Part shown: one piece after another, positions 38,846 to 52,087 of the stretch
How the letters are laid out: the number at the start of each line of letters is the position of its first letter
Position numbering within the stretch: the stretch's first letter is position 1
Notes under the pieces: generated by a model
What the model saw: the letters and a program-made list of their open reading frames with translations, nothing else
Database searches by the model: none
Told to the model about the DNA's origin: nothing
From: Malacoraja senta
Taxonomy: Eukaryota
Direction of reading: 5' to 3'
NCBI GenBank assembly: GCA_038087875.1
Contig: CM075980.1
Coordinates: 65,410,001-65,474,000, forward strand
Length of the DNA stretch: 64,000 nt
Made by a program: the position numbers and the translations under genes

Positions 38846-40489
38846 CTATAAATGAAAATCAATGGTTGAATGGTACTTTATGGTTACATGTACCAAGATA
38901 CGTGAAATTTATTTTTTGCATACATAAAAACAACATGCTATTTACACTTAAAAGTAAATCCAAAAATAATTATAAAGAACTATAATAAAAACTGAAGTTA
39001 CCAAAAATGATTAGCATTTGTGAAATTAAGAGTAAGAAGCATGTTTTTTTCTGTCGATAAACAAAGCCTGGTTTCTCCAGACAAATACATTGTAAGCTGT
39101 CATTTAAGACAAAAGTTGTACTGTATTCATTTTCTCTGATGCTATGTTGTGATATTACATAACTTACTCATACTAAGAGGGCAGGGAAACATCTGCTTTT
39201 GTGGCAACTGAATCTTAACTGAAGCTGCAAACGCGGCATAATAATATGGCAGTGATTAACCCTGTTACAGTCCTTAACATAATGGTGACATTAAAGTAAC
39301 AGTTACAGTTAATGTCACAATCTAATATACCACACTAATTTATGTATATTTAAAAAAAACTAGCACTGCATTATAAGTAAACATACTTGTAGATTGGTTA
39401 TTGCATGTGAACCAATCATAATAGAGTAGCATCACTAACCCCACCTTACTGTATGCTTTATATTAACACCCACTTCCTACATTAAGTAGTCTTGGAAGCG
39501 GTAGTGATGAACTAACAACTAACAACCTGCTGTACTGCTATATTATATGTTACAATTAAAGATGACTAAACTTCAGACCTGTGTTACATCAATCATTTAC
39601 ATGGTGTCAGTCAGCGTGAAGTAACCCACTGCGTCCGTATATCGGGTTTTATTTGTGTTTTATCAGTTTTCTTTGTATCACCATGGCTCACTCGTGCCAC
39701 AAGCCAGCGCAGCCCATCTTCGATTCAGACATCGGGGAACGATGGAGGCTGTTCGAGATCGACTACGAACACTATATCAACATAGTCTATCGTAATGAAC
39801 CAGATGCTGTCAAAGCTTCGCTTCTACTAAACCTGGCGGGACCAGAAGCTCTGATCAGAGCGCAGACCTTCGACTTCGCGCCAGCCGTTCTAGACGCCAA
39901 CGATCAGGTAGTTGTACCTGCTGAGGCTGTGCATGACCCCAATGTCTTACTGCGTAAATTCCGATAACTATGCGACCTACCCTCAAACCGTATCTTAGAA
40001 AGAGCAAAATTCTTCGCGAGACACCAGCTTCCCGATGAGCCTGTTGAAAGATTTATTTGCGATTTAAAATATATGGCTCAGCGATGCCGTTTAGGGGTTA
40101 TGTCCAATGAATTAATCAGGGACAAACTTGTCAATGGCATGACTGATCAAAAGCTAAAGACTGAGTTACTGCGGAATGCTGACTTAACCCTTGAACAAGC
40201 TGTTCATGCCTGCCGCACGTCTGAGATTGTGGCTCCACTTAGTGAAACTTGACGGGCTTCAACAAACGAGCCACACCGACCGCTAACAGAAGATTTATGA
40301 ATGAACCACCGCAAACGGCTAACCAGGGATTTATCAATGAGCCGCCGCAAAGATGTCCGAATTGTAACTATTTCCACAACAAGGGACGCATGTTCTGTCC
40401 AGCGAACGGCAAGCCATGCAATTACTGCAAGAAGATGAATCATTTTGCCGTTGCCTGCAGGTCCAGTGGGAACAGAACAGAACAGAACT

Positions 40490-41044
40490 CCTTCTGCAGT
40501 TGTACAGAGCCCTAGTGAGACCACACATGGAGTATTGTGTGCAGTTTTGGTCCCCTAATTTGAGGAAGGACATTCTTGCTATTGAGGGAGTGCAGCATAG
40601 GTATACAAGGTTAATTCCCCAGATGGCGGGACTGTCATATGCTAAGAGTATGGAGCAGCTGGGCTTGTACACTCTGGAGTTTAGAAGGATGAGAGGATAT
40701 CTTATTGAAACATATAAGATTGTTAAGGGTTTGGACATGCTGGAGGCAGGAAAGTTGTTCCCGATGTTGGGGGAGTCAGAACCAGGGGCCACAGTTTAAG
40801 TATAAGGAGTAAGCCATTTAGAACGGAGACAAGGAAACACTTTTTCTCACAGCGAGTGGTGAGTCTGTGGAATTCTCTGCCTCAGAGGGCGGTGGAGGCA
40901 GGTTCTCTGGATGCTTTCAAGAGAGAGCTAGATAGGGCTCTTAAAAATAGCGGAGTCAGGGGATATGGGGAGAAGGCAGGAATGGGGTACTGATTTGGGA
41001 TGATCAGCCAAATGGCCTACTCCTGCACCTATTGTCTATTGTCT
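40490..41044 (+). mobile_element. 5'-truncated CR1 inserted in the Gypsy gag-protease junction
   Basis: LQLYRALVRPHMEYCVQFWSP; tail (CTATTGT)2. Confidence 0.92.
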
Positions 41045-42387
41045 AACTTCCAGCTCAGCTTCTAATCTGCACCTGTTGCAACAAGACCAAACATTTTCAG
41101 ACTCACAGGACCAGCTCGAAGCTGCCCATGAGGACAATCCAATTAGCACATATGAGAAGTCCACTGTGCATACACTCCTACACACAGCTGGTAAGCTTTT
41201 GGATCTGTCTGTGTCCATGTTAATTAACAACAAGCCCGTGAAGGCCAAATTGGATACTGGGGCTCGCATGAATGTAATGTCTCTGCATGTCTACAACAAG
41301 ATAAAAAATAATGAGACCTTGACTAGAGACGGCTCTAACTTACATGCTTATGCGGGGGAAGTCCTGCATCCTCTTGGAAGAACTAGCTTTAAATGTGTGC
41401 TGCAAAACACCACCAGAAATCTGGCTTTCTATATCCTAAAATCGGACTCTGTGACTCTACTGGGTATCCATGCGTGCCAAGACCTAGGGTTAGTCTCCTT
41501 CGACCTCTCCGTTCACGTTACTTATATCTGAGGACCCGATAAAAAGCTACCCTGATCTATTCGATGGCAAGCTGGGCAAGCTGCCTGTGACTTATAAGAT
41601 CGCCATTGACCCCACCGTCGACCCAGCCATCCGTGCCCCCCACCGTGTGCCACATGCCATGCGAGACAGAATCGAGACTGAACTAAAAAACATGGTCTCC
41701 ATGGGTGTGCTAGCCAAAATCAGCGAACCCACAGACTGAGTCTCCACCATGGTTGTCACAGATAAGAAAGACAAAAACGAGCTCCACGTGTGCATCAATC
41801 CAAAAGATTTAAACACTGCCATCAAGCGCCTGCACTATCTGATGAGAACTGTCGAAGACGTCGCTGCACAAATCGGGCGCGCAACAGTGTTTTCAGTACT
41901 AGACGCAAAAAGCTCGTTCTGGCAGATACCTCTGGACGACGAGTCCTCAAACCTCACCACGTTTGCTACTCCATTTGGCAGATTCAAATTTCTTAGAATA
42001 CCATTCGGTATCAACTCGGCCAGTGAGGTTTTTCAAAGAACCATGTCACAGCTGTTCACAGACCTCTCATGTGCCATCATCGTAGATGACATCCTGGTTT
42101 ATGGCAAGGACATACAATCTCAAGCTCATTCTGGACAGGGCACATGAGATCAACCTAAAATTCAACCCGAAGAAATGCAAGTTCCGGGTTCCAGAGGTCA
42201 CCTATGTCGCACACGTGTTCACTTCTCATGGTCTTAAGCCTGACCAGAAGAAAACTGCTGCCATCAGAGAAATGCCAGCCCCTACAACGATTTCTGGGTA
42301 TGGTGAACTGTTTCACTTTCACAGTCGAAGCAGACCACCAACCACTTGGAACCATCCTGAACAAACCTATACACGCAGCACCTGCAC

Positions 42388-45363
42388 TACTGCAGCTCAA
42401 TGTTGAAGGCCTTACCACCGCCAAGCTCAACATCATCGAACAAATTGCCATAAAAAACAAGGCGACTATAGTTCTACTGCAGGAGACTCACACCGAAAAC
42501 AAGAACTTCCTGAAACTTCCTGGGTATACCCTGGCCGGTCACACCGCCGACAAACATCATGGCATAGCTACGTTCGTTCGGAACGACATGGCCTGGTCAG
42601 CCATAGCACAGTCCGCAGAGGATGCAGAGGTAGAATGGATCACAACCAAAGTGCAAGACACTACCATCGTCAACATTTACAAGCCGCCTCCGAGCAGGTT
42701 GGTCCCAACATCTCTGCCAGATGTCCCAGCCCCTGCCTTATATGCTGGTGACTTCAACAGCCATCATACAGACTGGGCATACAGCAGCTCCAACGCTGAC
42801 GGCGACTTCCTGGCAGAATGGGCCTCGACCGCCGATGCAACACTCCTATACGACCCAAAGGAGCCACGCACTTTCTACTCTGCACGCTGGAACAGCACCA
42901 CCAACCCGGACCTGGCCTGTCGCAACAACGAACCGCTCCCAGTAAGACGCATCCTGGACAGGTTTCCCCGGTCACACCATCGACCATCACTCATAACCAT
43001 TCCATGTCTGGTCCAGCCCGTGGAAGGGAAAGATGTCAAGAGGTGGAACTTCCGGAACGCAAACTGGGTGGGCTTCACACAACAAGTGAATAAGGCAGCC
43101 GCTGGCCTCCCACACCCATGCCCCACCAACCTGAACAATGCCTACGACTCATACTGCAAGATGCTGCTGGCCGCCGCCAAGAAGAACATCCCCCGCGGTG
43201 TACGTAAAGCCTATGTTCCCTGTTGGGATGATGAATGTGAAGACCTACTTCGCGCCCACACAGAATCACAAACCAGCGAAGACAGGGACAAAGCAGCGAA
43301 TGAACTAATCTGCAGACTAAATGAGAAACGCAGGCAAAGATGGACGGCGACAGTGGAATCAATTGATTTCACACACTCCAGCCGTCAGGTGTGGGACACC
43401 ATGAATAAGTTGATGGGCAGGTCGACAACCCCAGCACAGTGTCCCATCACTGCAAATTTCATCGCGTCGCTACTGCTGAGCAATGGCCGCTTCCCCAACG
43501 CAGACAAGGACTTCACCAGAACAACATTGGCGAGAGTCCATGAGCTGCACAGGGCCCCGAGCTGCGACTCCAACCTATCCCACGATTTCACAACACAAGA
43601 AATCGAGCAGGCCATCCGATGGCTGAAAACCGGCAAGGCACCAGGCACCGACGGCATCTACCATAAAACACCAAGGCAAGAAGGTAAATGACTGGTTGTG
43701 CTCCTTCCTCTCCACGTGTTTCCGCTGCCTGAAGCAGCCAAAGATCTGGCACCGTGCCAAGGTGAGCGCTCTGCCGAAGCCAAACAAGCCTAGCGATGAC
43801 CCCAAGGGATACCGACCCATCTCACTGCTGTGTGTTCCATACAAGCTCCTGGAACGTCTCCTCCACACACGTCTCAATCCTGTGATCGACCCTCAGCTGC
43901 CTAAAGAACAGGCTGGCTTCCGAAGCGGTAGGTCAACGGCGGACCAGGTGACCCTCCTGTGCCAATACATAGAGGACAGCTTCCAGGCACGGGAGAAGGC
44001 TGGCGTTGTCTTCTTGGACCTCACAGCTGCATATGATACTGTCTGGCTGCGTGGACTACACATGAAGCTTCAGGAAACCATCCCAGACAAGCACATGGTG
44101 AGCTTCATCATGGAGATGCTGAGCAACCGCAGCTTCAGGCTACACACCAGCAACGGGAAATGCAGCAGGGTGAGGAAACATAAGAACGGCGTCCCTCAGG
44201 GCTCAGTGCTGGCACCAATGCTGTTCAATATCTACATCCATGACCTGCCTGCAACCCAGTCAAAGAAGTATGGCTATGCTGATGACCTGGCCATCCTACT
44301 TAGTAAGCCATCCAGGGAAGCAGCAGAAGAGGGCCTCTCTGAAGACATGAACATCCTGTCTTCATACCTGAGGAACTGGCGCCTCAAGCTCAGCATGGGT
44401 AAGACAACATCTTCAATGTTCCACCTCAACAACAGGGAAGCGTCCCGCGAGATGAACGTCATGGTGGATAACGCCCGGTTACGGTCCCAGCCTGTCCCCA
44501 CGTACCTCGGTGTGAAGCTCGACAGAACGTTGTCATTCAAACAACACCTGGAAGGTGCCAATGCAAAGACAAGCGCCCATGCCGCACTGAATCGCCGCCT
44601 AGCCGGCACCACATGGGGAGCGACGACGAAGACACTGCGCATGCCACAGTGGCCCTGGTGTTCTCAGCCGCCGAGTACTGCACCCTGGTCTGGTGCCGTA
44701 GCCCTCATGCCAAGAAGCTGGATGCTGCCCTCAACAGCACCCTGCGGACTGTCTCCGGATGCCTACGAGCCACCCCAGTAAACCAACTGCCCGTCCTCGC
44801 TGGCATCGCCCCAGCCAACATCAGACGAGAAGCAGCCACGCTGACCCTCTCTCGAAAGGCACAGACCAGTGAATCCCACCTCCTCCATCAGATCATCACA
44901 GAGACACCACGACGAGTGCGCCTCAAGTCACGGCACCCCTTTGCCACGCAAGCCCAAGAGCTGCTCTGCACAACACCGGCTGACGCTTCTAAGGCTGCCT
45001 GGGTCAAGACGAGATGGAGAGACCAGTGGAAGTCAGCGGAACCATCTAGGCTGCACCATTACATCGATGACCCCATGGACGTCCCTGGCCAGGACCTGCC
45101 CCAAAAGCAGTGGACAACCCTCAACCGCTTGAGGACAGGCATCGGACGCTATGGAGTAGCGATGAAGAGGTGAGGCCTCGTGGACAGCACCTCCTGCGAG
45201 TGTGGGGACCCAACACAGACAGTGGAGCACATAGTCACCTGTTGCCCCAAACACCGGCCACCGAATGGTGAACGAGGTCTGATTGACCTGGACGATGACA
45301 CGTTGGCCTGGCTCGCCTCAACGGAGCTGCAGGTCTAAAAGACACACGACAGAAGAAGTAGAA
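42388..45363 (+). mobile_element. Vingi-like (Ingi group) non-LTR retrotransposon, about 3 kb, APE and RT, nested in the Gypsy RNase H
   Basis: LQLNVEG, LQETH, GDFN, SHHRP; RT FLDLTAAYD, GVPQGSVLAP, YADD; C-terminal WTTLNRLRTG..CECG..QTVEH..C; very short 3'UTR with a GAA-type tail; TSD GCAGCACCTGCAC. Confidence 0.85.
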
Positions 45364-48019
45364 GCAGCACCTGCACGACTGCAGCGCATGATGATGCAGC
45401 TCCAGCGGTTCGGCTTCAGAATCGTTTACAAAAATGGAAAGGACATGCTCGTTGCTGACACTCTCACTCGTGCACCACGTGCATCCAGTGAACGACACCC
45501 CTATGAATGCAATGAGCTTACGGTTCTAAAGATCGACTTCATTCGCACGGAACGCCTGCGTCGCCTGGCTGAACACACAGCCGCTGATGGCACTCTACAG
45601 CTACTCTCATCCATAATCAAAAGAGGCTGGCCAGACAGACAATCCAGCACACCACTGGAGGTGCTGCCGTTCTTCCTAGTCCGCGATGAGCTGGTAATAC
45701 AGGACGCTGTCATAGTTAAAGGTCACAAAGTTGTGATCCCTTGATCCTTACAGGACGAATATTACAAAGTGGCACACAACGGTCACCCAGGTACTGAGGC
45801 CAAGTTGGCCCACGCACAGAGCATGTTCTACTGGCCCGGTATGGCCAAGTACACACGGGACAGAACAGCTTCCTGTCCCATCTGCATCAGTTTGGCACCG
45901 CACCAACAGAAACAGCCTCTGCTACAACAATCCCCACCAGCACTGCCTTGGACGTCGCTGGCAGCAGACATTTTCGAATGGCACGGTAAACACTACCTAG
46001 TCCTAGTTGACCTACTCCAACTGGTTCAAACTCGATTTACTGCCCACCATCACATCTGACATGGTCATTCAAAAGCTACAGAGACACTTTTCTGTATTAG
46101 GCGCACCAGTCCGCCTGCAAACTGACAACGGAAGACCAGTCACGCATTCAAACACTTCGCCAACGGATGGAACTTCCACCATGTCACAAGCAGCCCTGAA
46201 TACCCTCAAAGTAACAGGCTCGCTGAACGGGCCATCAGGAGCGCAAAACAACTAATGGAACGCTCCCACCTGGCCAAGTCAGATGTGTATCTCGACCTTT
46301 TAACCCTCGGAAACATCTCCAGAGACAGGGTCCTAGGCTCACCAGCTCAAGGCCTAATGTCTCAGACAACACGACCTCCGATACCAATTGCCCAGCGGAA
46401 GCTGGTGCCACAGGTGTTTAAGCCAGCCGCGGTCCAGAAGCGAATCCAGGAGAAACACAACATCCAGAAACGATCCTATGACAAGTCCAGTAAACCACTT
46501 AAACAGCTACTGCAGGGTCAAGTTGTCCGTTTGCAGACTGCTGTGGGACATTCCCTTCTCGGTTTCGTTGTCAGCCCGTCTAAGGAACCCCGCTCCTGCC
46601 TTGTCAACATCGATGGTGCCCTGTACAGACGGAGTCGCCAACACTTGCTGCTTGTAAAAGAACCTCGTCCACCTCCAGCCGATCCTTTTGCTCCACCCCT
46701 GCTGTTTAAACCGTCTGCTGCTGCTGCTATCACTAGTCCCAGCATGTTCCGTTCTCCGCCACGGCCGGCAACCCCGTCTAATAACAACACTACCTCTCCC
46801 GCATGCTCACCCTACCGGTTGCCTAAAGTGTCCCTAGCTACTTTTTCCCTTCCGGGTTCACTGCCTCCCTCCCCCACTAATTTTTCTAGTCCGTACGCGT
46901 TCGGGTCGTATTAGACCACTTGACAGATACGGCGAGTATGTTTAAATTTGCGTGTCTTACCTTAGCTTAACTATGCTCGTTCTTTACGGGGAAGGATGTA
47001 GATTGGTTATTGCATGTTAACCAATCATAGTAGAGTAGCATCACTAACCCCACCTTACTGTATGCTTTATATTAACACCCACTTCCTACATTAAGTAGTC
47101 TTGGAAGCGGTAGTGATGAACTAACAACTAACAACCTGCTGTACTGCTACAATTAAAGATTACTTTAAACTTCAGACCTGTGTAACATCAATCATTTACA
47201 ATACTTAAATATATAAGGCACTTACAAATCTAAATTTCCTGACTTTTGCAATGATACAGATAGACAAGTGTAACTAGTCCTGAGTACCCTATAGATAAAA
47301 GAAAATGTCATGTTCAGACCCAGCAAAGTTTCCCCAAAGGATGTCTCTTGAATAATATCAGATGGTGGATATAATTTGCAACAAATAATCATAATTGAAT
47401 CTTACTGCCATCATGATGAACCATACCTAATAAACACAGCTCTCTGGCAGTTGGCAGTGATTTCACAACTCCCAACATCCTCCGGCCTTTGCTGCTTCAA
47501 CCCTTGGAGAAAGTAGAACAAGCCACACTGACGATAAGGCCTCAGGCAGCTGAAATTAGAGACCAGTCCTTTGACCACTCCAATGGCATTCTGACAATTC
47601 TGCAGTGTTCATTCTCACTTTCTAAATGTCTCTGTAATCATAAGCAGGGAAGGTCCATTTTTTCTTCCATCCTGCTCTGCCCTTCAATATGTTCATGGCT
47701 GCTCCTCCATCTTAATATCATATTCCTGCATTCTCCGATACTTGTTAATCTTTTTTTTTTGTGTCTGGAAATCTATCTATCTCCTCTTTAGATTATTCAG
47801 CAAACTGGTTTCCCACCAGTTATGGTAGAGAAATCTTCAGGTTTATCACCCTCTGAGTGAAGAGACTTCTCATCTGTTCTAAATGTCATCCACTGCACCC
47901 CAAAACATTGACCATGTTTCTTGACACCACCAGTCAGAGTAAACATCCTCACCACTTCCATTAACTAGTTGTCAGAATTGACTATGGTTTGTCAAAGTGG
48001 CAACATGATTCAGCTGCTG

Positions 48020-48550
48020 ACAGACACAAAAACCTGGAGTAACTCAGCGGGTCACGCAACATCTCTGGAGAAATGGAATAGGTGACGTTTTGATCAAGAC
48101 CGTGCTTCAGACTGAGAGTCAGGGGAAAAGGGAATGAGAGGTGTAGACAGTACTTAGGACAAATTAATGGAAGATGTTCAGAAAACAGATAATCAAGGAA
48201 ATGTGGAGCCCACCATGGTCCATTGTTGGCTGTGGGGTAGGTGATAATGAGTTAATACAGACGGTGGAACCGAACAGGATGACAGTAAAACTAGTACGAT
48301 GACTAGGGTGGGGGAGTGACGGAGAGAGAGGGGATGTAAGGGTTACTTAAGGTTAGAGTAATCAATATCCAAACCGTTGGGTTGTAAGCTGCCCAAGCGA
48401 AATATGTTTGGGCATATGTTTTTCCTCCAATTTACATTTGGCCTCACTCTGGCAATGGAAGAGGACCAAGACAGAAAGGTCAGTATGTGAATGGGAGGGA
48501 AGTTGAAGTATTTGGCAACCGGGAGATTACGTATGCCAAGGCGGAAAAAT
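48020..48550 (-). mobile_element. PLE 3' end (GIY-YIG end and pLTR)
   Basis: IFRLGSLQPNGLDIDYSNLK matches the C-terminus of ORF 4705-5154. Confidence 0.8.
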
Positions 48551-49214
48551 GCCAAAATATAAATTCATACACTGGTATTGTTCGTCAGTAAAATTATTTG
48601 TTATAGAAGTGATTTTAAAACATGAATTAATAAGTTAAAATAAAAGATTATTAACTATATCTACATTTTGTGAACCTATTCAAATGAACCGGATTATGTT
48701 TGATGCTTTTGCTATCCACACCTCAACGCTGACTTAAACCTAACGGGACAATACAAAGGACATTATAGAACTCTCTCAATCATGCATCCAAGGGGAAGCA
48801 CAAAGTCATATTTACCCACATCTAACTTCCACTGCACTCCATACTCTAGTGCTGCCATGCAAAAGTTGGGAATTCAGAATGTGCCTACATGCATACTGCT
48901 ACTAGCCAACAGTTCAGCTTGTCCAGCACATTATTTCTTCAATGGTCTTACTTCACCAGAATACATTCCTAATGCAGTCACAACTCTCATCAATATTTTG
49001 TCAAACCTCTAACGATAGGTACTAGCAACATTCGTAATCTGCAGACATATTAATGTTTTCCACTCCAATTCCAGACCATTTACCATGAAGGAGGTATTTA
49101 GATCTCTGCAGACTTTTCCTTTGCTGTTTAGTGCTGCGTATATACCACTGACCACATATTTTGTGATGTCCATCCCTCAAAATGTTCTCACCTTCCCCCA
49201 TAAATTAGGGTTTA

Positions 49215-50710
49215 GTGATAGCATGGCTTTTTGTGTGACAAATTGTATCATGATTTTGATTATGTTTTCTGAAGGGGTGACCAAGAAGATTAAAGGGAGC
49301 TGTATGGTATACATTGTCTGCATGTACTTTAGCAAGGTATTGCATGGTAGACTGGTCCAGAAGGTTAGATTGCAGGAAATCCAGGCCAAGCTAACTAACT
49401 GGATACAAAATTGGCTTAAAGGTAGGAGAGGGGGTGGAGGCAGTGAGTAGTTTTCCAGACTGAAATAACAAGGAGTATGCCACAGAGATTAGTGCTGGAT
49501 CCACTGGTGTTCCTTAATACTGTCAACGATTTGGGAAATAATGTAGTAAGTGTATAGATGACACAAAAGTTGTTGGTATAGTGGTTGTTGAAGAAGGTTA
49601 TTTAAGATTACAACAGGTTCTTGATTAACTGGGCCAACAGGCCAAAGAATGGCAGATGGAGTTTAATTCAGATAAATGTGAGATGTTGCATTTTGGTAAG
49701 ACAAACAAGAGCAGCACAGTAAATGGAAGGACACTGGGAGGTGTTGTAGAATAGAGAACTAGGGTGAAGGGAGCCCTAGCTCCATGAAAGTTGTGACATA
49801 GGTAGACAGCGTGGTAAAGAAGGTAGATCCAAGGAACTGGTAGTTGTTGGTTTACAAAAGAAGACACAAGTACTGGTGTAACTAAGCGGGTCAGGCAGCA
49901 TCTCTGGAGAACATGGATAGGTAACACTTCGGATCGGCACCCTTCTTCAGACTTGGAAAGAAGGTGTTTGGCCATACTTGCCTTCATCGGTCAGGGTATT
50001 GAGTTCAGAAGTTGGGACATCACTTACAGCTGTACAAGACATTGGTAAGGTCACATTTAGAGTAACGTGTTCAGTTCTTATCACCCTACTGCAAGGAAAG
50101 TGTGCAAAAAAGATTCATGAGGAAGGGTTTAAGTTATAAGGAGTGGCTGGAGACAATGGCGTGTAGGAAGCTATAGGGTGACCTTATAGAAACGTATAAA
50201 ATCATGAGGAGCAAAGAAAATAACCACAATCTTATCCCAGGGTAGGGGAGTCTAAAAGTAGACGGCAAAGGTTTAGGGTGAGAGAAGAAAGATTTAAAAG
50301 GAACCCGAGGAGCAGCATTTTCACACAGAATCTAGTGAGTTTTGTTAGATTACTTCAATTTCTTCCTGGGAGGGAATTTCATTCTATTGTTTCTTGGTCT
50401 ATTGCTTCTATCAGAAACTAAAAGCTGAAACATAATACAATTATAATATCACCATATAATTTATCTTAACACACAATACTTAACTCAAGAATACAGATCA
50501 ATGACAAAGGATTGTGCGTAATGAATGAACTGCCAGAGGAAGTGATAGAGATGGATATAATTACGACATTCAAATGACAATTAGACCGGCAGGTAGATAG
50601 GAAAGATTTAAAGGGATATGGGCCAGGCACAGGATAGTGGGAGGCAACTTGGTCAGCATGGATGTTAGGATGAAGGGCCTATTTTCATGCTGTACAGATC
50701 TATGACTCCA
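49215..50710 (+). mobile_element. Degraded CR1 RT 3' half with nested inserts
   Basis: FSK..HGRLVQKV..NWIQNWL, QMEFNSDKCE.LHFG; CR1 3' tail. Confidence 0.8.
49825..49956 (-). mobile_element. Single-arm PLE-derived hammerhead unit (degenerate)
   Basis: Ends CCCTTCTTCAGACT; 9-bp TSD AAAGAAGGT. Confidence 0.75.
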
Positions 50711-50841
50711 TGATTACCCAACAGACAAAGTGTGTGGCAAAGATTCTGACCGTGATGTGTGTCACTGTTGAATAGGAATCAACATCAATAGAGGTGATTT
50801 TGTTACCATTAGGGTCATTCAGTGATATTCATGGCTCTTAC

Positions 50842-51021
50842 CCCTAGAATACTTAATGCTCCAGAACCAAGGATGTCTGAATAGAAGCCTGTCGGTGTGA
50901 TACTTGGATATTTTCTGCCCAACTGTTCATCATTCACCGTAGTCCTAGAGTCTAGTGAGTTTGGTTTAGATGACTTCAATTTCTTCCTAGGGGGGAGTTT
51001 CAGTCTATTGCTTGCTTCCAT
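50842..51021 (-). CDS. DNAH1: DNAH1 first coding exon (MEASNRLKLPPRKKLK...ALSILG); the exon begins at 51041 with 20 nt of 5'UTR
   Basis: Acceptor TTGTTTCAG before 51041; in-frame TGA upstream of the ATG at 51021 (strong context AGAATGG); phase-0 donor GGG|GTAAGA matches the next exon. The N-terminus is poorly conserved, so the call rests on splice logic. Confidence 0.7.
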
Positions 51022-51914
51022 TCTCCATCAGAAACTAAGAGCTGAAACAAAATACAATTACATTATTGCCATATAATTTATCTTAACACACAATAAATAC
51101 TTAACTGAAGAATGCAGAACAAGGATAGGAGTCTGAACTTATGTTTTAACAAAATAATTAGAAAAACGCATTTGCAAGTTGAAAGCGTAAAATTTTATAA
51201 TTAATGACAAAAGAAAAAAAGAAGAGTTTATGTATTTATTTTAAGGCAGAGGGCTAATGATGTGCCGAATACCATAACATAATGGAATAGGAATGGAAGA
51301 TTCCTATCACTATCAATAATGAAAGTGAAATCCATGATAGACTTAAATGAAAAAAAAAGATAAATTGAAATGATATAAAAAATATATATAGTGTGGGGAA
51401 AGGGCAAGGAACTGATGCTCAGCCAGCTATCGTAGTGGCCTGTAGAAATCCATGACACTGTAATCAAAAGAATATATGTATTGGTACAAGACAGCTGAAA
51501 TGGGTAAACTATAACAATGAATGGTTGTCCATAACATTTGTCTTCTTGTCCGTTTACATTTTAGGGTATTGGGAAAGATGAAAAGATACAAGTGTCTTAA
51601 GAACAAGGTTCTTAAGAAGTATTTGAATGCGAATATCAGTCAATCAATTACACAGCTATTAGTATGGACCATAGTGTACTGTTCTTATATTTATGAAACT
51701 CTTGAACATACTAATTCTAAAACCACATATTTTCTTGGTGAACAAAAATGCTGGAGAAACTCAGCGGGTGAGGCAGCATCTATGGAGCGAAGGAAATAGG
51801 CAACGTTTCGGACTGAAACCCTTGCTGAAAATCTTCTTCTAACATTGCCTGCTTAGACGTAGTAGCATATTGACTGAAGTGATGACATTAGTGGGCAGCA
51901 TGGTGACATGAGGG

Positions 51915-52087
51915 GGCGACACAGTGCCGCAGCAGTAGAGTTGCTGCCTTACAGCATTAGGGACCCAGGTTTGATCCTTACTACAGGTGCTGTCTGTATG
52001 GAGTTTGTATGTTTTCCCCATGGGTGCGTGGGCTTTCTCTGGTTTCCGAAGGGCCTGTTTCCGCGCTGTATCTCTAAACTAAACTAC
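51915..52087 (+). mobile_element. HE1-like tRNA-derived V-SINE, internally deleted
   Basis: tRNA-like head, V-domain TGTATGGAGTTTGTATGTT, CR1-like tail ending CTAAACTAAACT. Confidence 0.75.

Larger units (their letters stand above)
39388..47200 (+). mobile_element. Gypsy (Mag-like) LTR retrotransposon, defective, with two nested LINEs
   Basis: LTRs at 39388-39601 and 46997-47200; TSD ATACT; PBS TGGTGTCAG; PPT GGGGAAGGA; gag, protease (KLDTGA), RT (IIVDD), partial RNase H, integrase (GHPG, QTDNG). Confidence 0.95.

Noticed and set aside
42204-43691. 495-aa ORF as a novel fusion gene
   Set aside because: Incidental in-frame junction of a deleted Gypsy pol and a nested LINE; no promoter or splice support
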